From a virus (taxonomy: Duplodnaviria > Caudoviricetes), in IMG/VR virus record IMGVR_UViG_3300032255_000002, positions 1-59,541 of that record: DNA of 59,541 bases; one strand, given 5' to 3'. Position numbers and translations under genes: made by a program. The notes beneath the pieces are model-generated. The model saw nothing but the letters and a program-made list of their open reading frames with translations, was not told the origin of the DNA and did not search any database. The first letter of the stretch is position 1; every line of letters begins with the position of its first letter. Positions 28,845-37,068 of the stretch are shown here, piece after piece.

Positions 28845-28872
28845 ATTATACAGAGTCAATCGGCAGGTACAA
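28845..28872 (-). promoter_or_regulatory. Promoter TTGTAC-16-TATAAT inside an inverted repeat
   Basis: Repeat arms at 28834-28847 and 28858-28870. Confidence 0.75.
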
Positions 28873-28881
28873 GAGCTTTCT

Positions 28882-29229
28882 TTAGGAAATCGGAAGAATC
28901 CATTTCCCGACGATTTCTTCTCCGATGCCAGCCGCGATTGCTCCGTCTACAGCGAGAGTTTCGATTTCGAAGAGGTCGATAATTTTCTCTTCGCGGTAGT
29001 TGCGGCATGCAACGGGCTTCGAGGTTCCGTTGACTCGGAAAGCTCTAGAGAGACCTGTGCGTTCTGATTTGCAAACTCCGAGATTCGTTTCTTCGTTGTA
29101 GCTCACAATCGCGAACTGAACCGAGATTCCGGCAGAGACGCTATAGACATAGCCTCTGTTGCGGAAAGTAAGGAGAGCGCTCTCTTGGAGAGGGGAGGAA
29201 AGTTGCTCGTTGAGGTCTTGGCTAAACAT
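28882..29229 (-). CDS. Early hypothetical protein (MFSQDLNEQ...)
   Basis: Start corrected using the leader GAGATAGAACA-ATG. Confidence 0.72.
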   Translation of the reverse strand: MFSQDLNEQLSSPLQESALLTFRNRGYVYSVSAGISVQFAIVSYNEETNLGVCKSERTGLSRAFRVNGTSKPVACRNYREEKIIDLFEIETLAVDGAIAAGIGEEIVGKWILPIS

Positions 29230-29273
29230 TGTTCTATCTCTTGTTCGGTGTTTCGTTTCGATCTTACCCGCAC

Positions 29274-29301
29274 ATTGTACAGGCAAGATCGACCGAACCA
29301 A
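29274..29301 (-). promoter_or_regulatory. Promoter TTGGTT-16-TACAAT in a 16-bp hairpin
   Basis: Hairpin arms at 29258-29273 and 29277-29292. Confidence 0.7.
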
Positions 29302-29329
29302 GACCTTTCTTGAGGAATTCCGAGGAATT

Positions 29330-29878
29330 CTACAGCGCTCGTAAGTTATTGTTCGGACAACGTTTGTGCGAATACCGCTCTCCGCGTTGCCAACGCTTGT
29401 ACTGCGTAGGACCGAGAGCCATTCTTTCGCCACACTTCGGGCACGCGACTCCAACCCGAGCGGAAACCCGTCGAGTAACCCGGTTCTCTTTTCTCGACTG
29501 ATAAGCTTCCGCGAGTTTCATAGAGTGGCAACGTTTCCCGGTTCCGCCCAATCTTCGGTGAGCGGATGCCCATTCTGGACCGTGAGGTTTTCTTCGTACT
29601 CCCCATTCGTGATAAGACGGAGCAATGATGTGCGCGATTTCGTGTGTGACTGTGTTGCGGAAGTGCTCCTCGAAGTTCTCCGGATCAGAGAAGAAGGGAA
29701 ACGAGAGCGTTACTTTTCCGGTTCTGTATCGAGCTTTTCCGGCGCAGCTAGTAAGCCGTTTGGAGATCTCGAAGTGTACTGTAGAGAGCGAATCTTGTTC
29801 GTCTTCGCGAACGAGTTCCCGACACTCTCTGAGGATTTCGTGTGCGCGGTTCAACAAGTGTGCAACTGTGATTTCCAT
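29330..29878 (-). CDS. SprT-like zinc metalloprotease
   Basis: RLTSCAG.A, TVTHEIAH, HGPEW, RCH and C-terminal CPKC...H..C. Confidence 0.88.
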   Translation of the reverse strand: MEITVAHLLNRAHEILRECRELVREDEQDSLSTVHFEISKRLTSCAGKARYRTGKVTLSFPFFSDPENFEEHFRNTVTHEIAHIIAPSYHEWGVRRKPHGPEWASAHRRLGGTGKRCHSMKLAEAYQSRKENRVTRRVSARVGVACPKCGERMALGPTQYKRWQRGERYSHKRCPNNNLRAL

Positions 29879-29932
29879 AGTTCTATCTGGTTTGGGTTGT
29901 TGAGAAGGGTTTGTCTTCGTTGCCTGTGCGAT

Positions 29933-30160
29933 TTATGCAACTTCTTCGCGAATGTCCAGAACTTCTGTTCCGAATTCTGTGGAGTATTCCTCGAAGCGCT
30001 CTTCCGCAATATCCAGAACTGTGTATAACGGCGCTGCTTCGTGAAGGGTAACGAAGGTTGTGAATTCGTGTTCCGGAAGTTCTTCCGTATCGAAAAATTC
30101 TTCTTCTTTTTCCAGGGTGAAGTAAACAGTTACTTTGTAGGTTTCTAGTTCGGAGTTCAT
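29933..30160 (-). CDS. Highly acidic early protein
   Basis: Glu-rich 75-aa ORF; GATAGA leader. Confidence 0.75.
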   Translation of the reverse strand: MNSELETYKVTVYFTLEKEEEFFDTEELPEHEFTTFVTLHEAAPLYTVLDIAEERFEEYSTEFGTEVLDIREEVA

Positions 30161-30217
30161 AGTTCTATCTTTCGTTTCGTTCGGTTGTTCGTTCGTTTCT
30201 TTCTCTCGTACACAGGT

Positions 30218-30245
30218 ATTCTACGGCACAAACCGCGAAAACCTG
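30218..30245 (-). promoter_or_regulatory. Leftward early promoter CAGGTT-16-TAGAAT
   Basis: Followed by a leader of the same family. Confidence 0.55.
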
Positions 30246-30367
30246 TACACCTTTCCCAGAAATTTTCAAACTTTCTGCGCGGAGTATGAAAAACGCTGCG
30301 GAAAGACCGAAAAAGCACGAAAATTTCTCCAGGGTGCCGAAAACCGGATTTGTCCCAAAAATGGCAC

Positions 30368-30681
30368 TCCTGTACTGCCCTGTGCTGGACTTTTGGCATT
30401 GTGCAGGACATATAAGACCTGTACCCTCTCCGAGCGCTTAGAGAGGCTTACAGCGCTTCAGCCCCGTTCTAGGGGTCTAGAAGCGGGGTAGCGGCTCCGC
30501 TCGGGAGTCGCTTTGCGGTTTCCTAGACTGCGCGGGGCTCTCCTGCGGGTTCCTCTGGAGATTTGCGCGGGTGCTGCTCGAACGGGTCCGTACGGCTCCA
30601 GGATTTCGGCTGCTCCCGTCCGATTCCGTTCGCTGCTCGGAAGACCTGATTTCTTCTGCGCTCGCTCAGAACGAGCGCAGA
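30368..30681. other. GC-rich non-coding region with serial hairpins between divergent promoters
   Basis: For example CCCCGTTCTAG/CTAGAAGCGGGG, CCGAGCG/CGCTCGG and TCTGCGCTCG/CGAGCGCAGA. Confidence 0.6.
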
Positions 30682-30767
30682 GCGCATAGCAAACCTATCC
30701 GAGATTCGCAAGAGTTTGCCGAAGAAAATATCCACGGAGAAACTTTTCGAATTCCTCAAGAAGAGTC

Positions 30768-30795
30768 TTGCAGATGTCGATGCAGTCTGTACAAT
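30768..30795 (+). promoter_or_regulatory. Rightward early promoter TTGCAG-16-TACAAT
   Basis: Preceded by the family block TTCCTCAAGAAGAGTC. Confidence 0.75.
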
Positions 30796-30866
30796 AGGGG
30801 CATGCAAGCGAGACAAGCCTCGCACCCTGTACAACCAACAACACTATAAGAAAGAGACTGAACACT

Positions 30867-31295
30867 ATGAGTACTACTGCTGCAACGACCGCTGGCAACC
30901 CGCCCGAGACCGACTCCACCAAGGATCCGAAAGAGAAGATCGTCAAGACTCCCTTTATCGAAGTCGTTCCGACCGAGATGAAGAACGCTGACGGCAAGCT
31001 TATGGGCATCCCCTCCATCGGAGAAGACGGGTTCGACCGCAAGCTCCACAAGATGCCGTCTCGGAGAGACTTCGCGAACGAGCACGACTTCCTTCGCTTC
31101 AAGGCCGATCTTGTCGAACTGAAGGCCGAAGAGTACGTGGCTGCTGCTGCTCGCTACCGCGATCAAGCCGCGACCATCGAGCAATTCGGAGACCCGGAAA
31201 CCCGCAAGAAGGTTATGCGACTTCAGAAGCTTGCAGCCGCGCAAGCCGAACTGCTCGCAGAACTCGAAAGCCAGGGAGTCGAAATCCCGAGCTAA
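30867..31295 (+). CDS. Early coiled-coil protein with strong G/C-ending codon bias
   Basis: First ORF after the promoter; followed by a hairpin. Confidence 0.8.
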   Translation: MSTTAATTAGNPPETDSTKDPKEKIVKTPFIEVVPTEMKNADGKLMGIPSIGEDGFDRKLHKMPSRRDFANEHDFLRFKADLVELKAEEYVAAAARYRDQAATIEQFGDPETRKKVMRLQKLAAAQAELLAELESQGVEIPS

Positions 31296-31310
31296 GAGGA
31301 GACCTACGCA

Positions 31311-31340
31311 GCCTCGCTAACCTCGAACGGTTGGCGAGGC
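31311..31340 (+). terminator. Stem-loop (terminator or processing site)
   Basis: GCCTCGCTAACC-TCGAAC-GGTTGGCGAGGC. Confidence 0.55.
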
Positions 31341-31389
31341 GGCTCTACTCCCAGAACAACCCAACCGCAGAGATAGAAAGACGGGCGCA

Positions 31390-31806
31390 ATGGCTTCGAC
31401 GAACTTGGTAGAGACGTACGCGGAACAAGTCAAGTACCAGACAGCCCGAGTAATCGGCGCGAGAGACTTGCTCGAAAACGGCGAGCGTCGAATAGAGGAA
31501 CTCTACGAACAAGAAGCCGCGATGCGAGAGAAGAGAGAGTTCCTCCGCAAAGCAATCAGCGAAGCTCCGAAGATGTTGGAGCAAGCACAAGAACAACTTG
31601 CGAGACTCAAGAAAGCAAAAGAGCTTCGAGACGCAAGAGGAAACGGAAGAGCGTACGGAAAATCCGAACTCACGAAGAGGTTAGAAAAGCAAGACAAACT
31701 TACTTCGAAGATGGTAGCTCTCCAGAAACAGTTGGAAGAACTGCGGGATGAAAACGGAGAACTTCCGCCCGCAGTAGCAGAGGTTTTGAATTCCCTGAAA
31801 CACTAG
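31390..31806 (+). CDS. Coiled-coil hypothetical protein
   Basis: Heptad E/K/L/Q-rich sequence. Confidence 0.78.
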   Translation: MASTNLVETYAEQVKYQTARVIGARDLLENGERRIEELYEQEAAMREKREFLRKAISEAPKMLEQAQEQLARLKKAKELRDARGNGRAYGKSELTKRLEKQDKLTSKMVALQKQLEELRDENGELPPAVAEVLNSLKH

Positions 31807-31820
31807 AAGAAAGGTTTGGA

Positions 31821-32006
31821 ATGTCCGAGCACAACGAAGAGATTTTGAAGGCAATTCGTACTCAAGTCGAGCGGCTCGAAGTAGACGATGGAGAAGCAAT
31901 GCAAGAGTTTCTCGGGATCTACGTAGAGAATCAGATCGAAGAAAGGATTCCTGAAGACTTGCGGAGAACTCTTCCTGAACTTCTCGTAGAAGAGTTTGAC
32001 CTTTGA
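31821..32006 (+). CDS. Small acidic protein
   Basis: 61-aa ORF with GAAAGG upstream. Confidence 0.65.
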   Translation: MSEHNEEILKAIRTQVERLEVDDGEAMQEFLGIYVENQIEERIPEDLRRTLPELLVEEFDL

Positions 32007-32020
32007 GCGGTTGGAGAAAA

Positions 32021-32131
32021 ATGCCGCCTAGACCGAAGACGCTTGCGAACGCGGTAGAGGATCTGCGCGTGCAATGCCTAATCTTTTGGTGGGAACTCAA
32101 GGAGTCCTTTCGCGGGCTCTTCCGGAGATAA
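32021..32131 (+). CDS. 36-aa hypothetical peptide
   Basis: GGAG upstream; read manually as MPPRPKTLANAVEDLRVQCLIFWWELKESFRGLFRR. Confidence 0.5.
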   Translation: MPPRPKTLANAVEDLRVQCLIFWWELKESFRGLFRR

Positions 32132-32140
32132 ACCCTTGCC

Positions 32141-32184
32141 ACAGAGGAAGTTAGGAGAAATTCCGGCTTCCTCTGTTCTTTTCT
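32141..32184 (+). terminator. Intrinsic terminator
   Basis: ACAGAGGAAG...CTTCCTCTGT stem followed by TCTTTTCT. Confidence 0.65.
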
Positions 32185-32195
32185 CAAGAAAGGTC

Positions 32196-32223
32196 TAGGT
32201 TCGGTCGATACCAGAGGTATAAT
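32196..32223 (+). promoter_or_regulatory. Promoter TAGGTT-16-TATAAT
   Basis: Near-identical upstream block to the 29274 promoter. Confidence 0.72.
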
Positions 32224-32279
32224 TGCGCTCGTACGAGACAGAGAACGCAACACAAACCCAAGACACGAAAGATAGAACG

Positions 32280-32585
32280 ATGAGCCACCAAGCAATAAAA
32301 GAACGTCCGAACACGATTCTCAAGGCGGATCGAGGAATCTCCAACACACAGCCCTACTGTGAATGGGATGTCGAAGACGCAGACGGAAGAATCTGTGCCA
32401 ACATCGAAGCCGAGTACCAAGATGTAGGAGGGAACCTATCCTCCCGCTCTTCGGATTGGCGAATCTTCGCCTACGTGGTAACTTCCTTTACGGATGAAAC
32501 CAAGGATGAAGAGTTCTTCGCTGCCGAGTACAAAGGTGCTCGGCAAGCTTTGACCGCAGCAAAGAAGTACGCTCGAAATCTGTAA
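32280..32585 (+). CDS. Early hypothetical protein
   Basis: Leader AAAGATAGAACG-ATG. Confidence 0.75.
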   Translation: MSHQAIKERPNTILKADRGISNTQPYCEWDVEDADGRICANIEAEYQDVGGNLSSRSSDWRIFAYVVTSFTDETKDEEFFAAEYKGARQALTAAKKYARNL

Positions 32586-32613
32586 CCACAAACCCAAGAT
32601 AGAGGATAGAGCT

Positions 32614-32868
32614 ATGAACTCGAACGAAATGAACGCGGGATTCGTCGAAGAGATCCGGAACCCGTTCCTTGGAGAAGAAGCTCCCGTAGTTATCTACGTT
32701 GCCGAAGAGCAGGGATTGGACGCGGAAGGCGGAAAGTACGTTGTTGTGTGTGACGCGCACGCAACGCTCTGCAACGCAACGAGCAAGAAAGATGCGCGCT
32801 GGATTATGAAGAATCCTGATCTGTTCTGCATCGAGTGTCGGGAAGCTTTAGAAGGGGAGGAGGCATGA
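32614..32868 (+). CDS. Small putative Zn-binding protein
   Basis: C..H and FC.EC motifs; doubled GATAGA leader. Confidence 0.75.
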   Translation: MNSNEMNAGFVEEIRNPFLGEEAPVVIYVAEEQGLDAEGGKYVVVCDAHATLCNATSKKDARWIMKNPDLFCIECREALEGEEA

Positions 32869-33074
32869 GCAACCTAGGCGACACGAATTGCACTTCGACG
32901 GTTGATCCGGTTACGTGCAAACACTTGGAGCACAAGCAGCAGATTTGCAAGCTCTGCTACTACGATGCGCTTTCGGTTGCTTCGGCTGAATCTCTTGCAA
33001 GTTCGGCGCGAAGGTCTAAGGAACTCTTGCAGCTTTGGAAGAGCACGAAGACAAGCAGGTTTAACGCACAATGA
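32865..33074 (+). CDS. Cys-rich hypothetical protein
   Basis: GGAGG upstream; ATGA coupling. Confidence 0.55.
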   Translation: MSNLGDTNCTSTVDPVTCKHLEHKQQICKLCYYDALSVASAESLASSARRSKELLQLWKSTKTSRFNAQ

Positions 33075-33289
33075 GCTTACAAGAAACAGAAGACCTAGCG
33101 TTGCTCCGCAAGCTCGTAAAACTTGAGGCGGTAAACGTTCCCGCAGAGGATCAAGAAGTGTACTACGAAGCAATGCTAGAAGCCTGGAACGAAGTTCCTT
33201 TGGCGAAGAGAGGCGAAGCTCGGGAAGACCTGAAAATGCAAGTAGCGGAGCTAGAGATTTTGATTCAAACAGCGAAAGGCACAGAATGA
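33071..33289 (+). CDS. Hypothetical protein
   Basis: ATGA-coupled on both sides. Confidence 0.65.
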   Translation: MSLQETEDLALLRKLVKLEAVNVPAEDQEVYYEAMLEAWNEVPLAKRGEAREDLKMQVAELEILIQTAKGTE

Positions 33290-34179
33290 GTTTCCATCCG
33301 GACCTTAGACCGAAACCTAGAACTTGGGACGGGCGCAAGCTCTCCCCGAAAACAATTGTCGAAGTCAAACACGACGGTTGGCGAGCGACGATTTACGCGA
33401 ACGAGTTCGGGAGAAAGAAGCTCTTAGATCGAAGAGGGCTGGACTTGCTTTCCTCCTGTACTCCTAAAGGATCTCAACAGCTTTCACAAAAATTGGGTGA
33501 GGACATGCCTCCGGAAACTTGGGTAGACGGAGAGCTTCTCGCGCCTAACGGAGAACCTGCAAGCAGAGTAACGCACTACTTAGCAAGGGATCCCGGAAAG
33601 CTTTCATTCCAACCTTTCGCGGTTCCGTTTTATGCGGGAGAAGATCAGAGATACAGACTCACATGGTACGGATTGGATTCTTCTCTGTTCGGATTAGGCT
33701 TCGCCAACCCTCCGCAAAGATTCGAACTCGGAGAGACAACTAAAGAAGAGCTTTCGGTAGACGCTTTCGAACGCGGAATCGAAGGCTACGTTTTGAAAGA
33801 GATGCACTACGGCGGATGGTGGAAGATAAAACCCGTCGATACGGCAGACCTTGTTGTTGTAGGCACCAAACCGGGTAAAGGGAAGCACGAAGGGAAGTTG
33901 GGTGCGCTAATTTGCGCTGCGATTGCTCCCGACAAGTTGTGTCTTGGACTTTTTGATAACAATTACTTTGTCCAAGTCGCATCCGTAGGTAAAGGGTGTG
34001 ATGAAGATTGGAGAGATGCTCGAAACGAAGACGTACTCGGAAGAGTCTGCGAAGTTTCGTATGAAGGTTTGCAGTCGAAAGGCAAGATGAAATTTAGTTC
34101 CTTCGTTCGATGGAGAGACGATAAGGAAATGCAAGACGCGACAACATACGCGGAGCTTCTCGAAGGTCGGCAGACTTGA
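33286..34179 (+). CDS. ATP-dependent DNA ligase
   Basis: EVKHDG.R, VDGEL, EGYVLK, WWKIKP and GKGK..GKLGAL OB-fold motifs. Confidence 0.9.
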   Translation: MSFHPDLRPKPRTWDGRKLSPKTIVEVKHDGWRATIYANEFGRKKLLDRRGLDLLSSCTPKGSQQLSQKLGEDMPPETWVDGELLAPNGEPASRVTHYLARDPGKLSFQPFAVPFYAGEDQRYRLTWYGLDSSLFGLGFANPPQRFELGETTKEELSVDAFERGIEGYVLKEMHYGGWWKIKPVDTADLVVVGTKPGKGKHEGKLGALICAAIAPDKLCLGLFDNNYFVQVASVGKGCDEDWRDARNEDVLGRVCEVSYEGLQSKGKMKFSSFVRWRDDKEMQDATTYAELLEGRQT

Positions 34180-34508
34180 AGCGCGAAGAGATGCGAGAAC
34201 TTGCGCTCGCGGAGTTGCGCGAATTCTCGTCTGAATTTCTAACCGACGAATCTCGAAAGTTCGTCCTACACGAACTTGTTGCTCCTTCGATTCGCCAAGA
34301 GGAGCTAGCATACTTGCGAGATTCTGTCAAGTACCTCTCCGAGATTCTTCCGAACTTCGAAGAGGACGCTGCGCGGCTCAAACGCTCGAAAATGAAAGGT
34401 CTTGCTGAAAAAGCCGAGGATAAATACAGGTTTGCTCTTGCAACTGTGGCCGGACTCCGTAGAATAATTGAGCGAGAGAAAGGAAAAGAATTTCCAAATA
34501 GTTCTTGA
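34176..34508 (+). CDS. Hypothetical protein
   Basis: Coupled to the ligase gene. Confidence 0.6.
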   Translation: MKREEMRELALAELREFSSEFLTDESRKFVLHELVAPSIRQEELAYLRDSVKYLSEILPNFEEDAARLKRSKMKGLAEKAEDKYRFALATVAGLRRIIEREKGKEFPNSS

Positions 34509-34532
34509 CTTCGGTTTGTCAATCGCTATGAT
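34505..34532 (+). promoter_or_regulatory. Promoter TTGACT-16-TATGAT for the replication operon
   Basis: Followed by a GATAGA leader. Confidence 0.7.
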
Positions 34533-34573
34533 GAACTCTCGCCCGAAACCCCAGATAGAACGGATAGTACGAG

Positions 34574-36706
34574 ATGGTAAAACTAAATGGAACGGAGTTT
34601 GTGCTTGAGCCTTTGAGCAAAGCAACAGCTACCGCAATGACTCCCCCGAAACTTCGCGAGTGGGATCACATCTTCATTTCGCTCGACGCTGAAGGCAAAC
34701 GCTTTCACTTGCGTTTGAAAGCGCTGGAGCCTTGCAAGAAATGTATCTTCCCTTTTCGAGAGACCGGAATAGGAACGGTTACTGTCAACGCGATTCGCGA
34801 AGACTGCCCGACTTGTAAAGGGAGCGGCTGGCAAGAGATGCTTTACAAGTATCCGTCCTACCGAGCCGAAGATTTCTTCTTGCGCATTCCAGAAGCGACT
34901 TGGTTAGGTGCTCGCGCTGGAGGTCCACGATTCGAATGGCTTGCAGCGTGTACGGATTTTACGGTCTTGCTCATAGATCAATGTTGGCCTTCGGAACGAA
35001 TCCATTTCCGCGCAGACGCGCAAGGAACCGAAGAATCCGATTCGCGTCTCGTCTTCGACGCTCTGAAGGTTCGGTTTATCGCGCAGTCGCGAAGGGCCGC
35101 AGACGTTGCCGCTTTCAAAATCAACGGAGAGCTTCCGAAGCTTCCGAAGAATTGGCTTGAGCACTACGAGCACAAACCTGCTCCGTATCAAACTGCGGCT
35201 GCGTGTTTTGTTTCGAAGACTTCAGGCGCAATTTTCGCAGATCCCGGAACGGGAAAAACGTTCATTGCGCAACAAGCGGTAAACGTTCTTTCCAATGTCG
35301 AGCAGAACGGCAACGGAACGAAGCGCGTTCTTGTTATCTGCCCTCCGCAAGTTTGCTACAATTGGTTCTTGGAGATTCAGCGTTTCGCCGCTACTGCGGG
35401 AAAAGTTGTAATAATGCGCGGGAGCAAACACAAACGAGTTAAGGCACTTATTGAAGGCGTGAAGCTCGAAAAAGACTGCACCTTCACAGTTGTAATTGCG
35501 AGCTACGATTCCGCGAAGAGAGACGTTGACGAACTCTCGCTGATTCCTTGGGACTACTGCTTTGCGGACGAGTCCCATTACTTCAAAGATCCTAGGTCGA
35601 AGCGCTTTGAACTTATGGAAGCTCTTCGGGACGCTTCTAAGGTTCGTGTTCCGCTCACAGGTTCCCCTATCGGAAACAGCTTGCTCGACCTGTGGACGCA
35701 ACTAGAGTTCGTCGAAGAAGGCGGATCCGGCTTCCATGATTACGCAGCCTTTCGAAAGTATCACGGAGTCTTTGAAGAGGTCTCTGGATCTGCGCGAGGA
35801 ATCGAGAAGCTCGTAGCTGTTCAAAATATCGCAATGATTCAAGAACGCTTGACTCGAATGGCATTCACGATCAGCAAAGAGGAAGCTGGATTGAATCTTC
35901 CAGACAAAGTTTACGATGTTTGGCAAGTCGAAATGACCAAGAGCCAAGCGAAGATGTACGAGCGGATCAAAGAAGAACTCATCATCGAAATCGAAGACAA
36001 GCTAAGTAAGCGCTCGGACAAAATGACAATCGAGCACGTACTTACTTCGCTGCTTCGCCTCGCACAAGTTACAAGTGGGTTCGTAACTTGGGACGCAATC
36101 GCGGACCCGGATACTGGACTCGTCTACAAAGAGAAGCGCGTCGAACAGATCTCTTCTCATAACCCGAAAGCAGACGCACTTATCGAAATCCTTTGCGATC
36201 CGGAGAGAGACCCTCTCGGAAAAACTATCGTTTGGGGATGCTTCCGCGAAGATATGCGATACATATCTGAGAGACTTACCGCGAAAGGAATCGGGCACGT
36301 TACGTACTACGGGGATACGAAACAGAATCAAAGGGATGCGAACATTGCGAAGTTCAATAAGGACACTGAATGCCGCGTGTTCCTCGGCAACCCGCAAGCT
36401 GCGGGTTCTGGCTTGGACCTTCTCGGATACGATAAGTTGGATCCGGACAATTCGCACACTTACGCGAATCACGTAATTTTCTATTCGCAGAATTGGAGTT
36501 CTCTACTTCGAGTCCAAGCAGAAGACAGAGCGCATAGGCGCGGAACAAGAATGCCTGTACGTATTACAGATCTTGTAGTGCTAGATACCATCGACCAAGA
36601 AATCCGAGAGCGCGTACAAAGCAAGATCGACAATGCCGGATTGGTCCTGGAAATCGGGGACGTTCTACGGAACGTTCTCGGCTCGACGCTAGGAGTCGCG
36701 ATCTAA
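34574..36706 (+). CDS. SNF2-family helicase
   Basis: DPGTGKT, DESH, LTGSP, G.GLDL and QAEDRAHR.G. Confidence 0.92.
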   Translation: MVKLNGTEFVLEPLSKATATAMTPPKLREWDHIFISLDAEGKRFHLRLKALEPCKKCIFPFRETGIGTVTVNAIREDCPTCKGSGWQEMLYKYPSYRAEDFFLRIPEATWLGARAGGPRFEWLAACTDFTVLLIDQCWPSERIHFRADAQGTEESDSRLVFDALKVRFIAQSRRAADVAAFKINGELPKLPKNWLEHYEHKPAPYQTAAACFVSKTSGAIFADPGTGKTFIAQQAVNVLSNVEQNGNGTKRVLVICPPQVCYNWFLEIQRFAATAGKVVIMRGSKHKRVKALIEGVKLEKDCTFTVVIASYDSAKRDVDELSLIPWDYCFADESHYFKDPRSKRFELMEALRDASKVRVPLTGSPIGNSLLDLWTQLEFVEEGGSGFHDYAAFRKYHGVFEEVSGSARGIEKLVAVQNIAMIQERLTRMAFTISKEEAGLNLPDKVYDVWQVEMTKSQAKMYERIKEELIIEIEDKLSKRSDKMTIEHVLTSLLRLAQVTSGFVTWDAIADPDTGLVYKEKRVEQISSHNPKADALIEILCDPERDPLGKTIVWGCFREDMRYISERLTAKGIGHVTYYGDTKQNQRDANIAKFNKDTECRVFLGNPQAAGSGLDLLGYDKLDPDNSHTYANHVIFYSQNWSSLLRVQAEDRAHRRGTRMPVRITDLVVLDTIDQEIRERVQSKIDNAGLVLEIGDVLRNVLGSTLGVAI

Positions 36707-37068
36707 TGAGTACTCCTTCTCAAGTCGTGCTCGTAGAGAACAACCCTCGATTCGGCGTTGCGTCGGCAGAAGAGTTCGGGGAGATTCGCGTCTTGCGAAA
36801 CCCGAACTCTCCAAGCCCGTTTCAAACTAAATGGTGCATCGAGGAATTTCGCACACGGTTGTTAGAGATTTCGTTTGACCCGTCAAGAGACTTCGTTCTC
36901 TTGACGGGTGGCGCGAACGTTGTTCCTCTAATGATAGCCGTTATTATCGCGGAGTACGGAACAGCGAAGGTGCTTCTGTTCGACTCCGCTAGGAAACGCT
37001 ACTTCGAAAGGGAGTTGCATACAGATGAGTTGCACGCGGATGCGAAGAAGGAACCTAACACACGATGA
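36706..37068 (+). CDS. Small Rossmann-like protein with a CARF-like LTGG motif
   Basis: DFVLLTGG-helix-AEYG..KVLLFDS pattern. Confidence 0.45.
   Translation: MSTPSQVVLVENNPRFGVASAEEFGEIRVLRNPNSPSPFQTKWCIEEFRTRLLEISFDPSRDFVLLTGGANVVPLMIAVIIAEYGTAKVLLFDSARKRYFERELHTDELHADAKKEPNTR

Noticed and set aside
27780-32620. Early-region repeats as a CRISPR array or attC integron cassettes
   Set aside because: They are irregularly spaced, degenerate, separated by whole genes and contain -35/-10 boxes; no cas or integrase gene was seen
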